Source of the DNA: a virus
Lineage: Duplodnaviria > Caudoviricetes
DNA length: 64,000 nt
Reading direction: 5' to 3' (one strand)
IMG/VR virus record: IMGVR_UViG_3300031994_000022
This document shows, piece after piece, positions 27,228 through 37,205 of this stretch. The notes beneath the pieces were generated by a model. The model ran no database searches and was not told the DNA's origin. It saw only the letters and a program-made list of their open reading frames with translations. Made by a program: the position numbers and the translations under genes. The first letter of the stretch is position 1; every line of letters starts with the position of its first letter.

Positions 27228-28063
27228 TATGCTGTCCTCTTCCAACAATAATAATTAATATACGGAGGCATTGTATCTATGGTGACATTCCCACCAGTAA
27301 AAGTATGGGTGTGCCCTTTAGAACCACCAACAGAAGTTGTGGTTTTTTCTGGAATAGTCACAGAGTGTTTATGATTCCCATTACTTCCAGTATTAAACGC
27401 CCCATAATATCCTTTCCATCCAGCACCATTTTCACTCGATTCACTTCCAGTTCCACTACCATACCAATTAGGATAATTATAACTATGTGTATGTGCACCA
27501 GTTTCAGAAGTATTAACACTAAATTGATTTATTTTATGATTATGTCCGGGAATTTGATCAAGACTAAGGGTAGTAGACGCAACAGTACCACTTACTTGTT
27601 TAGTATCGGATCTTTTTCCTCCCGTTCCTTCTACTGTATCTCCATCACCCATAGCATATATGAAACTATTCTTAATTCTTACCCAAGTTGTACCTTCCCA
27701 TCCTGGTAATGTTCCAGGGTCTGTTGGATCTGATGACCAATATAATGATCCAATAGGGTGGGCGATATCTATTAACTCGCTAAGTATTGTTTTTGTACTT
27801 TCGTTTTGATTTTGAAGATACTTTGTATTATTAAAAGTTGTTGTCATCTTAGAAACAAGTTCACTCATACCAGTTGGCTGAGTACTAACATCATCATATG
27901 TATCATCCCACTCAGTCGCTTCGGCTAAAGTATGCTCGTTATTAACTATATCCGTTGCCAAATCTACTGTGTCCGTATTCGTCCACTCAGATACAAGAGT
28001 ATGGTCTCCGTTGGCATCGGTGATATATTTTTTCTGTTTTCTTATTCCACTTAAAATACTCAT
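27227..28063 (-). CDS. Tail/baseplate protein with gp10 C-terminal-like (tail collar/short fibre) domain
   Basis: HPIGSLYWSSDPTDP...G.TW, L..DQIPGHNH, H.H repeats, MPPYINYYCWKRTA. Confidence 0.8.
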   Translation of the reverse strand: MSILSGIRKQKKYITDANGDHTLVSEWTNTDTVDLATDIVNNEHTLAEATEWDDTYDDVSTQPTGMSELVSKMTTTFNNTKYLQNQNESTKTILSELIDIAHPIGSLYWSSDPTDPGTLPGWEGTTWVRIKNSFIYAMGDGDTVEGTGGKRSDTKQVSGTVASTTLSLDQIPGHNHKINQFSVNTSETGAHTHSYNYPNWYGSGTGSESSENGAGWKGYYGAFNTGSNGNHKHSVTIPEKTTTSVGGSKGHTHTFTGGNVTIDTMPPYINYYCWKRTA

Positions 28064-28148
28064 TTTATTGTCTCCTTTCGTATAATAAATTATAAAAACA
28101 TAGCAATATACTTAATCTTGTTAAGTGCATTGCTATGTATTTACTGTG

Positions 28149-28421
28149 CTAAACTCTAGAATAATATTCGATACTGTTGTACTGAGTCTAAGTTCACCCA
28201 CAGCTATCGCTAATGGATATGCTTATACAGTACCATATTCATCATATGCGAAAAATGGATATGTTGTTACTATGGCGTTTCTCAAATGGGGGCAAGGTAG
28301 TGTTCCAGCAATGCTTAGTTTTGAAGGCGGTGATCCTACTCAGGGTTTAAGAGTTTGGAGACCTACGAATCAGTCCGGCTCTTGGGGGTGTCAAATTACA
28401 ATCTTGTATGTCAAAGCCTAA
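28149..28421 (+). CDS. Silent tail-fibre tip cassette 1
   Basis: Begins in frame at CTAAACTCTAG (LNSR), 90 aa, no RBS. Confidence 0.8.
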   Translation, partial: LNSRIIFDTVVLSLSSPTAIANGYAYTVPYSSYAKNGYVVTMAFLKWGQGSVPAMLSFEGGDPTQGLRVWRPTNQSGSWGCQITILYVKA

Positions 28422-28430
28422 TAAGATGAA

Positions 28431-28712
28431 CTATTCTCTAGAATTGGCGATTTATGCGTTATGGAATCTTATCCTTTTAGTTTTACAATCAATGCAAACG
28501 CTAAAGCCGTATATAAGATTGCAAATAATGTTACTAAATCTGGATATACTATAGCCGCAATTTGGATTAATCATACATCAACAAATGTTCTGCAATGCAT
28601 AACTTCTGCTGTTTTATACAGTGGTGCAGAATTACATATACAATATTTGAATATTGCAAATGCACAATATACATTATCGGGTACTATTAGAATATTATAT
28701 GTGAAGTCTTGA
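28431..28712 (+). CDS. Silent tail-fibre tip cassette 2
   Basis: Begins in frame at variant site CTATTCTCTAG (LFSR); ends ILYVKS like cassette 1 ILYVKA. Confidence 0.75.
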   Translation, partial: LFSRIGDLCVMESYPFSFTINANAKAVYKIANNVTKSGYTIAAIWINHTSTNVLQCITSAVLYSGAELHIQYLNIANAQYTLSGTIRILYVKS

Positions 28713-28778
28713 TGATATCATAAAGTTAAGATTAAGATGAGTGATGCATACCGTCAGACTACTATTTATGGTAATTAA

Positions 28779-29054
28779 TTAAGCATCCTCAACCCTGCAA
28801 ATAACATTACATACCAAAACGTGCCCAGATACAAACCCAGAACCCCACGCAGAGAATGTCATAGTATCTGTACCGCTACCCGAATCTTGTGTTAACCTAG
28901 TTACTTGAGTATACGGAGTACCTGACGTCGAAACCATACTTATTACTCCATCGTGTAATTTGTGCCCAGTTAACTTAACACTTCCGGTAAGTTGAGTTGA
29001 AGATTTATATGACATAGTAATTCGTCCTACATAAATGTTGTATCTAGAGTTTAG
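28779..29054 (-). CDS. Silent tail-fibre tip cassette 3
   Basis: Begins in frame at CTAAACTCTAG (29054-29044), LNSRYNIYVGRITMSYK. Confidence 0.8.
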   Translation of the reverse strand, partial: LNSRYNIYVGRITMSYKSSTQLTGSVKLTGHKLHDGVISMVSTSGTPYTQVTRLTQDSGSGTDTMTFSAWGSGFVSGHVLVCNVICRVEDA

Positions 29055-30035
29055 TTAAGCTACCAATTTTCTATGTGCATTTTCGACATCTTTGTTATCT
29101 ACCGACACATATATCATTGTTGTATTGATATCCTCATGCCCAAGTATTTGCTGTATTATTTGCACCGGAGCATTACGCTTTGCCATATCACTTGCAAGAG
29201 TGTGTCTAAACTTGTGAGGATGTGCATATACCCCAGCTTTCCTACCTAAATTCCTTATGATCATTTCTATACCATTCTTGGTTAATTGCCCACGTTTACC
29301 ATACCATAACGATACATCGGTATCTGTCCTCGTCATCAAGTATTTCTCCAACCAATACATACATTTGTCTGAAATATAACATATTCTTTCCTTGTCACCT
29401 TTGCCGTGTTGTATTCGCACAGTACCCTGCTTGAAATCTATATCAGATAAAACAATAGCCGAGCATTCTGACACTCTACATCCAGTAGAATACAGAAACT
29501 CGACTAAAGCTCTATCTCTATATGTGTCGCAAGCGGAACAAATCTGTTCCATCTCACGCTCAGTAAAAGGTTTCACTTGTCTTTTCTGATGCTTAAAAGG
29601 ATTGATTCTAAGCATCGGATTATCTGTGATGTATCTCTCTATACTCAACCACTTGAAGAAACTACTATAAGCTTTTCTCATGTTATCTAAAGTAGCATTA
29701 CTAACACCACGAGTTACTTGCCATAATGCCAGATGATGGCGTATATCATCTGTTGTAATATCCCAGATATTCTTACCGACATCATCCAGCATTCTCTGTA
29801 TTGTCTCGCCGTAATGCTTAATCGTTCTCTTACTACATCCCTCTATAGCCTTACTACCAAGGAAGTTCTTCAGTAGAATATCATTGCTCTTGTCTATAAC
29901 CGTAAGCTCCGTCGATTTCTTCTCAATGGTATAGTCATACAATATCACATCAAGAGTAATAGCCAACATATCCAACTGTTCCTTGTCGAGCTTAGTTGCC
30001 ATTTTCTGTAGTATAACCATTCTTAATTCTTCCAT
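29055..30035 (-). CDS. Tyrosine recombinase (shufflon invertase)
   Basis: STGCRVSE, GKGDKER, HKFRHT, LGHEDINTTMIY; sits among the cassettes. Confidence 0.92.
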   Translation of the reverse strand: MEELRMVILQKMATKLDKEQLDMLAITLDVILYDYTIEKKSTELTVIDKSNDILLKNFLGSKAIEGCSKRTIKHYGETIQRMLDDVGKNIWDITTDDIRHHLALWQVTRGVSNATLDNMRKAYSSFFKWLSIERYITDNPMLRINPFKHQKRQVKPFTEREMEQICSACDTYRDRALVEFLYSTGCRVSECSAIVLSDIDFKQGTVRIQHGKGDKERICYISDKCMYWLEKYLMTRTDTDVSLWYGKRGQLTKNGIEMIIRNLGRKAGVYAHPHKFRHTLASDMAKRNAPVQIIQQILGHEDINTTMIYVSVDNKDVENAHRKLVA

Positions 30036-30090
30036 ATATTTTTCTCCTTTTTATTTTTATTTTAGCAAAATAATAAGGAGATATTGTGAA

Positions 30091-30414
30091 CTAAACTCTA
30101 GCTTAACATATAAATCAGTAAGTAATCTATTCAGCATTAAGAGTACTTACACTTCGGTGATGGAGATTACTAATCAAACTGCATATCGTGTAGGTAATAT
30201 CATATATGTATATTTAGAATTACATAAATTAGGGACTATAGCCAACGGAGAACACGATATGATTCAATGCTCCATAACTCCCAAAACTGTATCAGTATTT
30301 AACAAATTCCACGATGATTATGGATTAATAATTCAAACAAACAAAAATGGAAAATTTCAACTTGGCTCTCAAAATCGAGCTTGGTACACGCTGTCAGGAT
30401 ATATTTTGGTGTGA
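30091..30414 (+). CDS. Silent tail-fibre tip cassette 4
   Basis: Begins in frame at CTAAACTCTAG (LNSS); YRVGNIIYVYL fibre-tip-like strand. Confidence 0.8.
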   Translation, partial: LNSSLTYKSVSNLFSIKSTYTSVMEITNQTAYRVGNIIYVYLELHKLGTIANGEHDMIQCSITPKTVSVFNKFHDDYGLIIQTNKNGKFQLGSQNRAWYTLSGYILV

Positions 30415-30506
30415 TTATATGTTAGGGTTGTATATGTAGATATTCTCTAGTGAAAACTAAGATGAGTGATACATATAAACAGGTTGCCATATACGGAGTT
30501 AATTAA

Positions 30507-31841
30507 TTACCAATCTTGTGCGCATATCCAACAAAATCTGACACTTCCAGATATGTTATTACCAACTAGATTAATTTTAATCGCAGAAGAAGATGCGTCA
30601 AAATCATATTGCATGGCACATTTTTGAGATTGACAAGTTAGAATAAGTACTTCGGGGCGTTTAGTTATACCAAAAGTTGAAAATGGTATCGATGCCGAAC
30701 CGCTTGTAAATGTATAAATTGTAGATGACATTTTAAATCTAGCATGACCAGTTGGAGAACCATTAAGATAAGTCAAGGCGACTTCTTTTCCGATCTTACT
30801 AGAGTTTAGTGAAGAAATCGCATCCTTGAGAGATGCGTTCGTACCGTCCCATGTATCATCTTGAAAATAAATATTTTCTGGTGTTATATTTATACTCGCC
30901 GTTCCCATTGTTTGACTATTGTTCTTAACTGTCAAAATAGGTTCGTAGAATGCTGCACCGGAATATTGTTGTCCTCCTACAATGGTTAACGCTCCTCTAG
31001 AACCATCGTATTTTAAACCAGTATATTCCGCAGTATCAGGGTTACCAATAGTTAAACTTCCAGCTAACCATTCGTTACCACTCCAATCAAGTGTACGAGC
31101 ATTAGACTTTGCAGATGAGCCTGTACCATTGCCGACAATCTCTACATAATTACCCCTTTCGGTAGTAGCAGCAGTTGATGGATCTTCTATGTTGTGTTCA
31201 CCAAATACATGTTGTGATGCATGATTTGCGGTTGTAAATAAACCTTCTGCATGGCTATAATCGCCACTTGCACGTGTACTACGTCCTTCTGCAACAGAAT
31301 AATCACCGACAGTACTTGCATATAATCTCTTCCCAAAAGTAAAAGCTTTTTTATTAGGATTATATGTAAAATACTGTGATTTTCCAACACCTTCAGTTTT
31401 AGTTGTTGTTCCAGTGCTTCCAGCAAATGTTACTTCATATTCAGCATTTGTGGTAACTTCCGTCTGTGTAACATTAGTATCAGTATTACGTTCAAAGTAT
31501 TCATTCATACACCAATTCGTTCCATCATAAGTAAAAGAAACTACTTGTCCATTATTCCAAGTAGGCTTTTTAGTTAATGTCATATTTCCTGATGTATGAG
31601 TACCTACCGTAATAGATTTTGCACCTGTATTATTTACGTTTAGCGTAGGTGTGACATCTCCGGTATATTGATAAGTAAATTTAACGTGTATTGTTACGCC
31701 AGTTAATAACTGGTCAAAGTCAGCACAAGTTACTACCTTCGCTGCAGTACTTGCATCAGTCGAACAAGTACCATATAGTGTAGAACCGACAGGACAACCG
31801 GTATTTCCGGAAGTGTCAGTTATTTTTCCTACATAACTCAT
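30507..31841 (-). CDS. Tail fibre / receptor-binding protein with switchable C-terminal 100 aa
   Basis: GTCST...AKVVTC, TLNVNNTGAK, FTYDGTNW, YadA-like ASGDYSHAEG repeats; site CTAAACTCTAG at 30809-30799. Confidence 0.88.
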   Translation of the reverse strand: MSYVGKITDTSGNTGCPVGSTLYGTCSTDASTAAKVVTCADFDQLLTGVTIHVKFTYQYTGDVTPTLNVNNTGAKSITVGTHTSGNMTLTKKPTWNNGQVVSFTYDGTNWCMNEYFERNTDTNVTQTEVTTNAEYEVTFAGSTGTTTKTEGVGKSQYFTYNPNKKAFTFGKRLYASTVGDYSVAEGRSTRASGDYSHAEGLFTTANHASQHVFGEHNIEDPSTAATTERGNYVEIVGNGTGSSAKSNARTLDWSGNEWLAGSLTIGNPDTAEYTGLKYDGSRGALTIVGGQQYSGAAFYEPILTVKNNSQTMGTASINITPENIYFQDDTWDGTNASLKDAISSLNSSKIGKEVALTYLNGSPTGHARFKMSSTIYTFTSGSASIPFSTFGITKRPEVLILTCQSQKCAMQYDFDASSSAIKINLVGNNISGSVRFCWICAQDW

Positions 31842-31856
31842 ATCTTTCTACCTCCT

Positions 31857-33041
31857 TTATGATGCTGTTATACCAGTTGCAACTGTCTTAGAAGTAACTG
31901 ATATGTTCGGAATTGATCTTGCAGTATAACTAAGTGATGCAGCACTACCAGCAGTAAAAGTAAGTACACCTTTACTGATTGTACAGCTTGTCGGAGTATT
32001 GGTACTCCATGCTGTTATATCATCAGCAGCGATAGCAGTACCAGCAGATGCCGAACCAATTGATGTAGTAGTTGCAGTATACTTAGTATCTGTAGCTGCA
32101 ATGGTAACCGTACCACTTGAGTTTGTTACCGACACATTACCTCCAGCTTTAAGGTTAAGGGCTGTCGTATTATCTCCAAGTATCTGAGTACCATTAACCT
32201 GAATAGGTCTGTGTGTATTTGTATCTGAACCCGGAATTCCAAGTCCAGTAATATCTGACTTTGCTACCGCTGTGACGGATTTTATATGTCCTTCGGCAGT
32301 AGTTGCAATCTTATATAATCCCTCAGACTTTGCTGTGGTCAATCTATTTGCATCAGTTGCGTGTGTATATGCGGTATTACCATAATCACCACGGTAAGCG
32401 GTTGAAGAAGTAGTACCGAGTGCGAGTGATGGACTTATCTCTACATATGCTGTTCCACTCCATCTATATGTAAGATTTGTAGAAGTATCTACATATATCT
32501 TTCCAGTCTCACCAGTTGTTGGGAAACTTGATTTTGCCGAATACTCCAATACATCATCAACATATGATGGAAGCTGTGAACTAGGAACAAGTCCATTTGC
32601 ATCAAGTTCTGCAACTCCGTTAGCAGCACCCTTAGAAGCTGTAGTAATAGCACCTACATCAGAAGCTGTCAATGTAACAGCACCAGTTTTACTATTTACA
32701 GATGTAACTGGAGCAGAAGTAAGTACCTTGTTACCGCCAGAGTATAAACATCCATCAGTACCTACATAAGCGGTATCATGTGAATAAGTCCGAGGATTCG
32801 CTGCTTGTGATGTAGCACCAATCAAAAATATTTTTGATGAAGTGTCTGTAGAGCCAGCAGTATTCTTAGTATCTGTAGTGGCAACTGTTCCTATATCAAC
32901 TATTCCTGATGATGGCGACTTAGTTGTGCCATTTACCTTTACTCCGGTTACAGTACCAACATTAGTAGTATAACCAGATACAGTATCTTGCACATTATAC
33001 GTCACACCATCAGGCAACTTTATAGAATTTATATTCGCCAT
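31857..33041 (-). CDS. Tail fibre segment protein
   Basis: VTSVNSKTGAVTL, GVAELDANGLVPSSQLPSYVDDVLE, FPTTGETGKIY. Confidence 0.8.
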   Translation of the reverse strand: MANINSIKLPDGVTYNVQDTVSGYTTNVGTVTGVKVNGTTKSPSSGIVDIGTVATTDTKNTAGSTDTSSKIFLIGATSQAANPRTYSHDTAYVGTDGCLYSGGNKVLTSAPVTSVNSKTGAVTLTASDVGAITTASKGAANGVAELDANGLVPSSQLPSYVDDVLEYSAKSSFPTTGETGKIYVDTSTNLTYRWSGTAYVEISPSLALGTTSSTAYRGDYGNTAYTHATDANRLTTAKSEGLYKIATTAEGHIKSVTAVAKSDITGLGIPGSDTNTHRPIQVNGTQILGDNTTALNLKAGGNVSVTNSSGTVTIAATDTKYTATTTSIGSASAGTAIAADDITAWSTNTPTSCTISKGVLTFTAGSAASLSYTARSIPNISVTSKTVATGITAS

Positions 33042-33134
33042 AATTTCTCCTTTCTTTTTATAATGAGAGCCGATAGTAGTATTTCATACCATCAGCTCTC
33101 TGTATTTTGTTTTTAAAAAGTATGAAATTATTTG

Positions 33135-34154
33135 TTATGAAACTGTAACAGTACCTGCCGTTCCGGTAAATGTAGGTTGTGATACAGAACCTGCAGCAGT
33201 TGTTGTACCAGCAAGCTGTGTTTTTGTACCCGTAAATGTAGGCTGCGAAACACTACCGCTTGGTGTACCACTAACACTTACGTCGCCTTCAGTACCGGTA
33301 AAGGAAGCTGTGAATGTGCTAGGTACTGCAATATTTCCAGTAACAAGTCTTGCACCAGTACCAGTAAAAGCAGGAGCTGACGCTTGATAAGCTGCATCTC
33401 CGGTCTTTACGGTAACCGCAGTTCCCGCAGATGGAAGAGTACCTGCGCTAAATGAACCTGCTGTAATTGTGAGTGTTTCATTTGCAACTGTATATGTTGG
33501 CATTGTTGCAGATGGAAGAGTACCTGCCGAACCAAATGGTGTAATTGATGTTGTACTTCCTGCGGTTTTTACACTTATCGTAGGTGCAGCTACACTTCCA
33601 GCAGGTGTATATGTGGCAGTACCTGAAGAAGCAGCACTAACAGTAGTCGACTGATTTGCAGTTGTATTTGTTGATACACTTACAGAACCCTCTGGTGTAA
33701 ATTTTCCAGTTGAAGTTGTAGCCGAACCTGTAAATGTAGGCTTTGATACAGTACCCTTTGGCTGATAGTTACCACTTGTATTGTCTGTAGCGGTAATTGT
33801 TACAGTACTAGATGAACCTGTAAAAGTAGGCTTTGAAACTGTACCAGCGGGTGTAAAGCTACCACTTGCACTATTTTTTGTAGCAAGTGAACCAAGCCCA
33901 CTCATATCACCAAATTCGTGCCACTTTGTTCCATCAAAAACAAATTCTTTTTTATTATAAAATACTGCATCGTTAGCAACAGCAGTATAATCTGCACCAC
34001 TTATCTTAATAGGATTAGTTGTTGCTTCATCTGTAAGGGTAGTAGTAGTTGTTCCTTTAACTTTTATAGCACCGCCAATTTGTGCTCTTGCTACGGCATC
34101 TTTAATGTCATACGAATTTCCAGAAGGTAATGTAATTTTACTTATATCTGCCAT
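33135..34154 (-). CDS. T/S/G-rich fibre protein
   Basis: Repeated P.G.VS.PTFTG. Confidence 0.75.
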   Translation of the reverse strand: MADISKITLPSGNSYDIKDAVARAQIGGAIKVKGTTTTTLTDEATTNPIKISGADYTAVANDAVFYNKKEFVFDGTKWHEFGDMSGLGSLATKNSASGSFTPAGTVSKPTFTGSSSTVTITATDNTSGNYQPKGTVSKPTFTGSATTSTGKFTPEGSVSVSTNTTANQSTTVSAASSGTATYTPAGSVAAPTISVKTAGSTTSITPFGSAGTLPSATMPTYTVANETLTITAGSFSAGTLPSAGTAVTVKTGDAAYQASAPAFTGTGARLVTGNIAVPSTFTASFTGTEGDVSVSGTPSGSVSQPTFTGTKTQLAGTTTAAGSVSQPTFTGTAGTVTVS

Positions 34155-34171
34155 AATTTATCTCTCCTTTT

Positions 34172-34558
34172 TTAATTTGTCGTGAATATTAAATTTTCAT
34201 TATCTAATGTATCTAAATAACACCTTACCTTATTATTCCATGCTTCACGTTCCGCACTTGTAATATGATGAACTGTGTCTTCAATATGTTCTTTATACAA
34301 TGAATCGGTAAATGGCATATCAATGAGATATGATGATCCGTCTCCGATTTTAATTCCCGGAATATTATTATCATCTTCATCTGTCATATAATCTGAATAT
34401 ACATATATACAACCCCTTACAGAAACTAAATCTGGATGCAAATTCCAATTAGCTATTGTGTCGTAAAATATCGGAGTTGTATGTTGAGCAATCAGCTCTT
34501 TTATTCGTGTGTCGTATACACGCAATCCAGGAAGATCGAGGTATTTTTTCTGAGCCAT
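34172..34558 (-). CDS. Fibre-associated protein
   Basis: GIKIGDG...L.DMPF, HI....HHIT.AER.AWN.K. Confidence 0.75.
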   Translation of the reverse strand: MAQKKYLDLPGLRVYDTRIKELIAQHTTPIFYDTIANWNLHPDLVSVRGCIYVYSDYMTDEDDNNIPGIKIGDGSSYLIDMPFTDSLYKEHIEDTVHHITSAEREAWNNKVRCYLDTLDNENLIFTTN

Positions 34559-34680
34559 ATTATCCTCCTTTCAATGGATGTTATTTCCTCTCTAAATTGA
34601 TTAATCTATGCGCGATTTAGAGAACAAACAAAATAAGAGAGTGGTGCGAGACCACTCTCTTGGGTATATAGTGTTATAGT

Positions 34681-36024
34681 TTAGGCGAACAGAGCTTCGA
34701 TATCAGCAGTAGCGATACCCTCTGTTGCAGCATCAGTATAGGCATTAGCGTTAGACTCTGCTGTAGCTGCAGCACCACTTGCATCATAAGTTCCACTTGC
34801 GATGCTACCGCTGATTGCTGTGATAACACCGTCAACCTCTGTTACAGAAAGAGCAAGTCCGTCTGTACCAGCAGTCTGTGCAACTGACGCATCGAGATCA
34901 GCTATAGCACTATCTGTATAGCCCTGTGCGTTTGTAAGAGCATTTGCAGCAGCACCATAATTATCATATGTCTCTGCAGCAATACTTCCACTTACAGCAG
35001 TTACCTGACCATCTGTAGTTGTTACAGAAAGTGCGAGACCATCTGTAGAAGCTGTCTGTGACTCTGTGTGAGCAGCGATAGCAACCTTGTCTGCTGTTAC
35101 TGCATCATCAGCAATCTTAGCAGTTGTTACTGCACCAGCATCAATCTTTGCAGTTGTTACAGAACTATTTGCAAGTTCTGCTGTTCCAATTGAACCAGCA
35201 ACGATAGTAGCAGAAATCTCATTGTTACCGTCTATAACAAGCTGAACCTGAGTTGCATCTTGCTTTGCTGTATAGATGTCAACAAGTGACTGAGCGGCGA
35301 TGTACAGAGGATCTGTTACGTTTTGAAGCTCAAGTTTGATGTACTTACCAGCATCAGCTGCTGTAGGTGTTCCACTACCAACGATAAGAGTAGTAACATC
35401 TACGTTACCATCCCAAAGCTTGTTGTTTGAGAATGTGATGTTTACTACAGAACCATCTTCAACAACCTGATCCTTTGGTACGTTGATATCTATAAGCTTC
35501 TCAGATGCAACTGGGTCAGATGCACTACCTATACCCTGATAGATTGAATATACACGAGCGTAATCAGATGTAGCACCATTGTCTACAATGTATACTGTCT
35601 TTATGTTAACGTTACTATCAACATAATGCTCTGTAGCGACCTCCTCGTAACTTAAACCAGAATCACTAATCTGTCCGTCTCCGTTATATATCATAATATC
35701 TCCGTATGAAACGTCATCATGATAATATCCAGTTATAAGTTCGTCAATGCCAATATCTGTCTCAGATACCGATCCATCCGAGTTAGATTTAACAACCTTA
35801 TCACCACTAGCAGAAGCTATCTTATCCATGAATCCAGAAACATCTGGAATGTCTACAGTATAAGAAGCCGTTCCAGAAGCATCAGCTGTTTTAAAGAAAC
35901 TAACTGTATTACCTACTACTGTAATAGACTTGATTGATTTTGCATCCTCTGTACCAATGTACTGCTTAATAAGTGTGTCGTAACTTGTCAGATTAGCAAG
36001 TGTCATAAATTGTTTTGCTGCCAT
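34681..36024 (-). CDS. Fibre protein
   Basis: VTTAKI repeats, YD..GAA; paralogous to 36135-37136. Confidence 0.75.
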   Translation of the reverse strand: MAAKQFMTLANLTSYDTLIKQYIGTEDAKSIKSITVVGNTVSFFKTADASGTASYTVDIPDVSGFMDKIASASGDKVVKSNSDGSVSETDIGIDELITGYYHDDVSYGDIMIYNGDGQISDSGLSYEEVATEHYVDSNVNIKTVYIVDNGATSDYARVYSIYQGIGSASDPVASEKLIDINVPKDQVVEDGSVVNITFSNNKLWDGNVDVTTLIVGSGTPTAADAGKYIKLELQNVTDPLYIAAQSLVDIYTAKQDATQVQLVIDGNNEISATIVAGSIGTAELANSSVTTAKIDAGAVTTAKIADDAVTADKVAIAAHTESQTASTDGLALSVTTTDGQVTAVSGSIAAETYDNYGAAANALTNAQGYTDSAIADLDASVAQTAGTDGLALSVTEVDGVITAISGSIASGTYDASGAAATAESNANAYTDAATEGIATADIEALFA

Positions 36025-36134
36025 AATTTTTTCTCCTTTCGAAAAGAAAATGTTATAATATAAAAGAGAGGGAAAATCCCTCTCTTGGTTAACTATTATT
36101 ATGCAGATTTTTCATCTGCCTTTCTTATAAAATA

Positions 36135-37136
36135 CTACTCAAAAAGTGCCTGTATATCTTCATCAGCAACACTTTCAATATCCTCGTCTTGAAGTGCAGT
36201 ATCTGCAAGATCAAGCGAATCATTTACATCAGAAGCAAGCTTTGCTCTTGTGATTGAGCCATCAATGAGTGTGCCAGTAATCTGATTGTTGCTATCGATA
36301 GATATCTGGATATAATCTGTTGTTCCACCAGTGTATACATCAACAAGGCTATTAGCAGGAATATAGATATGTTCACTTGAACTGTTAGCCAAAATTATAT
36401 CTATATATTTGTCACCCACCTTAGCACCAGGGTAAGGTTCATCAGCCACAGTAACTGTACCTACAGAACCACTTTCAACAAACATATCCTTAGCTATTGC
36501 AATTGAGGTTATTTTCTCACTAGGATCTGGATTCTGAGCAGAACCGTTTGATCCTTGATAGAAATCATACTTCTTACTAAACTCATCTTGTGAACCACCA
36601 GATGTTTCTACAACATATACTGTTTTAGAACCAGCATCACCTTGCACATCTCGCTTTGTTGCGATTTCATCAAGTGCTGTGTAAGCCATAGAATCAGCAC
36701 CGTTAGTATAGTAGATACCACCCTTGGTAACGTTAATTCTTGTACCTACATACTTGTTATCTGCATTCTTCTTCAAAGCGTAAATCTGTGCAGCAAGACC
36801 ATTCTCGCCACCATCATTTACGCCGACAAAACTCCATGTTCCGTCATTATGCTCAAACTTTGCACCACCACCATCTGTCTCGTTGAAGATAAGTGCCTTA
36901 CCATTAGTACCTTCAACAAGTCTCTGTACGAAATTACTGAGGTCAGGCTGTGGAAGAGTGATAGCATACTTTGGAGCAGTAGAACCAACTGGCTCTTCTA
37001 CATCATAAAACTTCAAAATGTTGCCATCGATTGCTACAGTTTTAATACTTTTCGCATCCTCTGCGGCAACATAATTTTTAAGAAGCTCATCATAAGTGGT
37101 GAGATTCTCAAGTGAGATAAACTGTTTAATTGCCAT
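36135..37136 (-). CDS. Fibre protein
   Basis: Shares N-terminus (KQF..L.NLT.YD...EDAKSIK) and central domain with 34681-36024. Confidence 0.75.
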   Translation of the reverse strand: MAIKQFISLENLTTYDELLKNYVAAEDAKSIKTVAIDGNILKFYDVEEPVGSTAPKYAITLPQPDLSNFVQRLVEGTNGKALIFNETDGGGAKFEHNDGTWSFVGVNDGGENGLAAQIYALKKNADNKYVGTRINVTKGGIYYTNGADSMAYTALDEIATKRDVQGDAGSKTVYVVETSGGSQDEFSKKYDFYQGSNGSAQNPDPSEKITSIAIAKDMFVESGSVGTVTVADEPYPGAKVGDKYIDIILANSSSEHIYIPANSLVDVYTGGTTDYIQISIDSNNQITGTLIDGSITRAKLASDVNDSLDLADTALQDEDIESVADEDIQALFE

Positions 37137-37205
37137 AATTTAATCTCCTTTATACATGTATAAATAAAATTAAAAAGGTGTGGGGTTACCACACCTCAGT
37201 TACCA

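Noticed and set aside
30440-30450. Sixth shufflon site (ATATTCTCTAG)
   Set aside because: Three mismatches and followed by a stop after three more codons; better explained as part of a relic coding fragment
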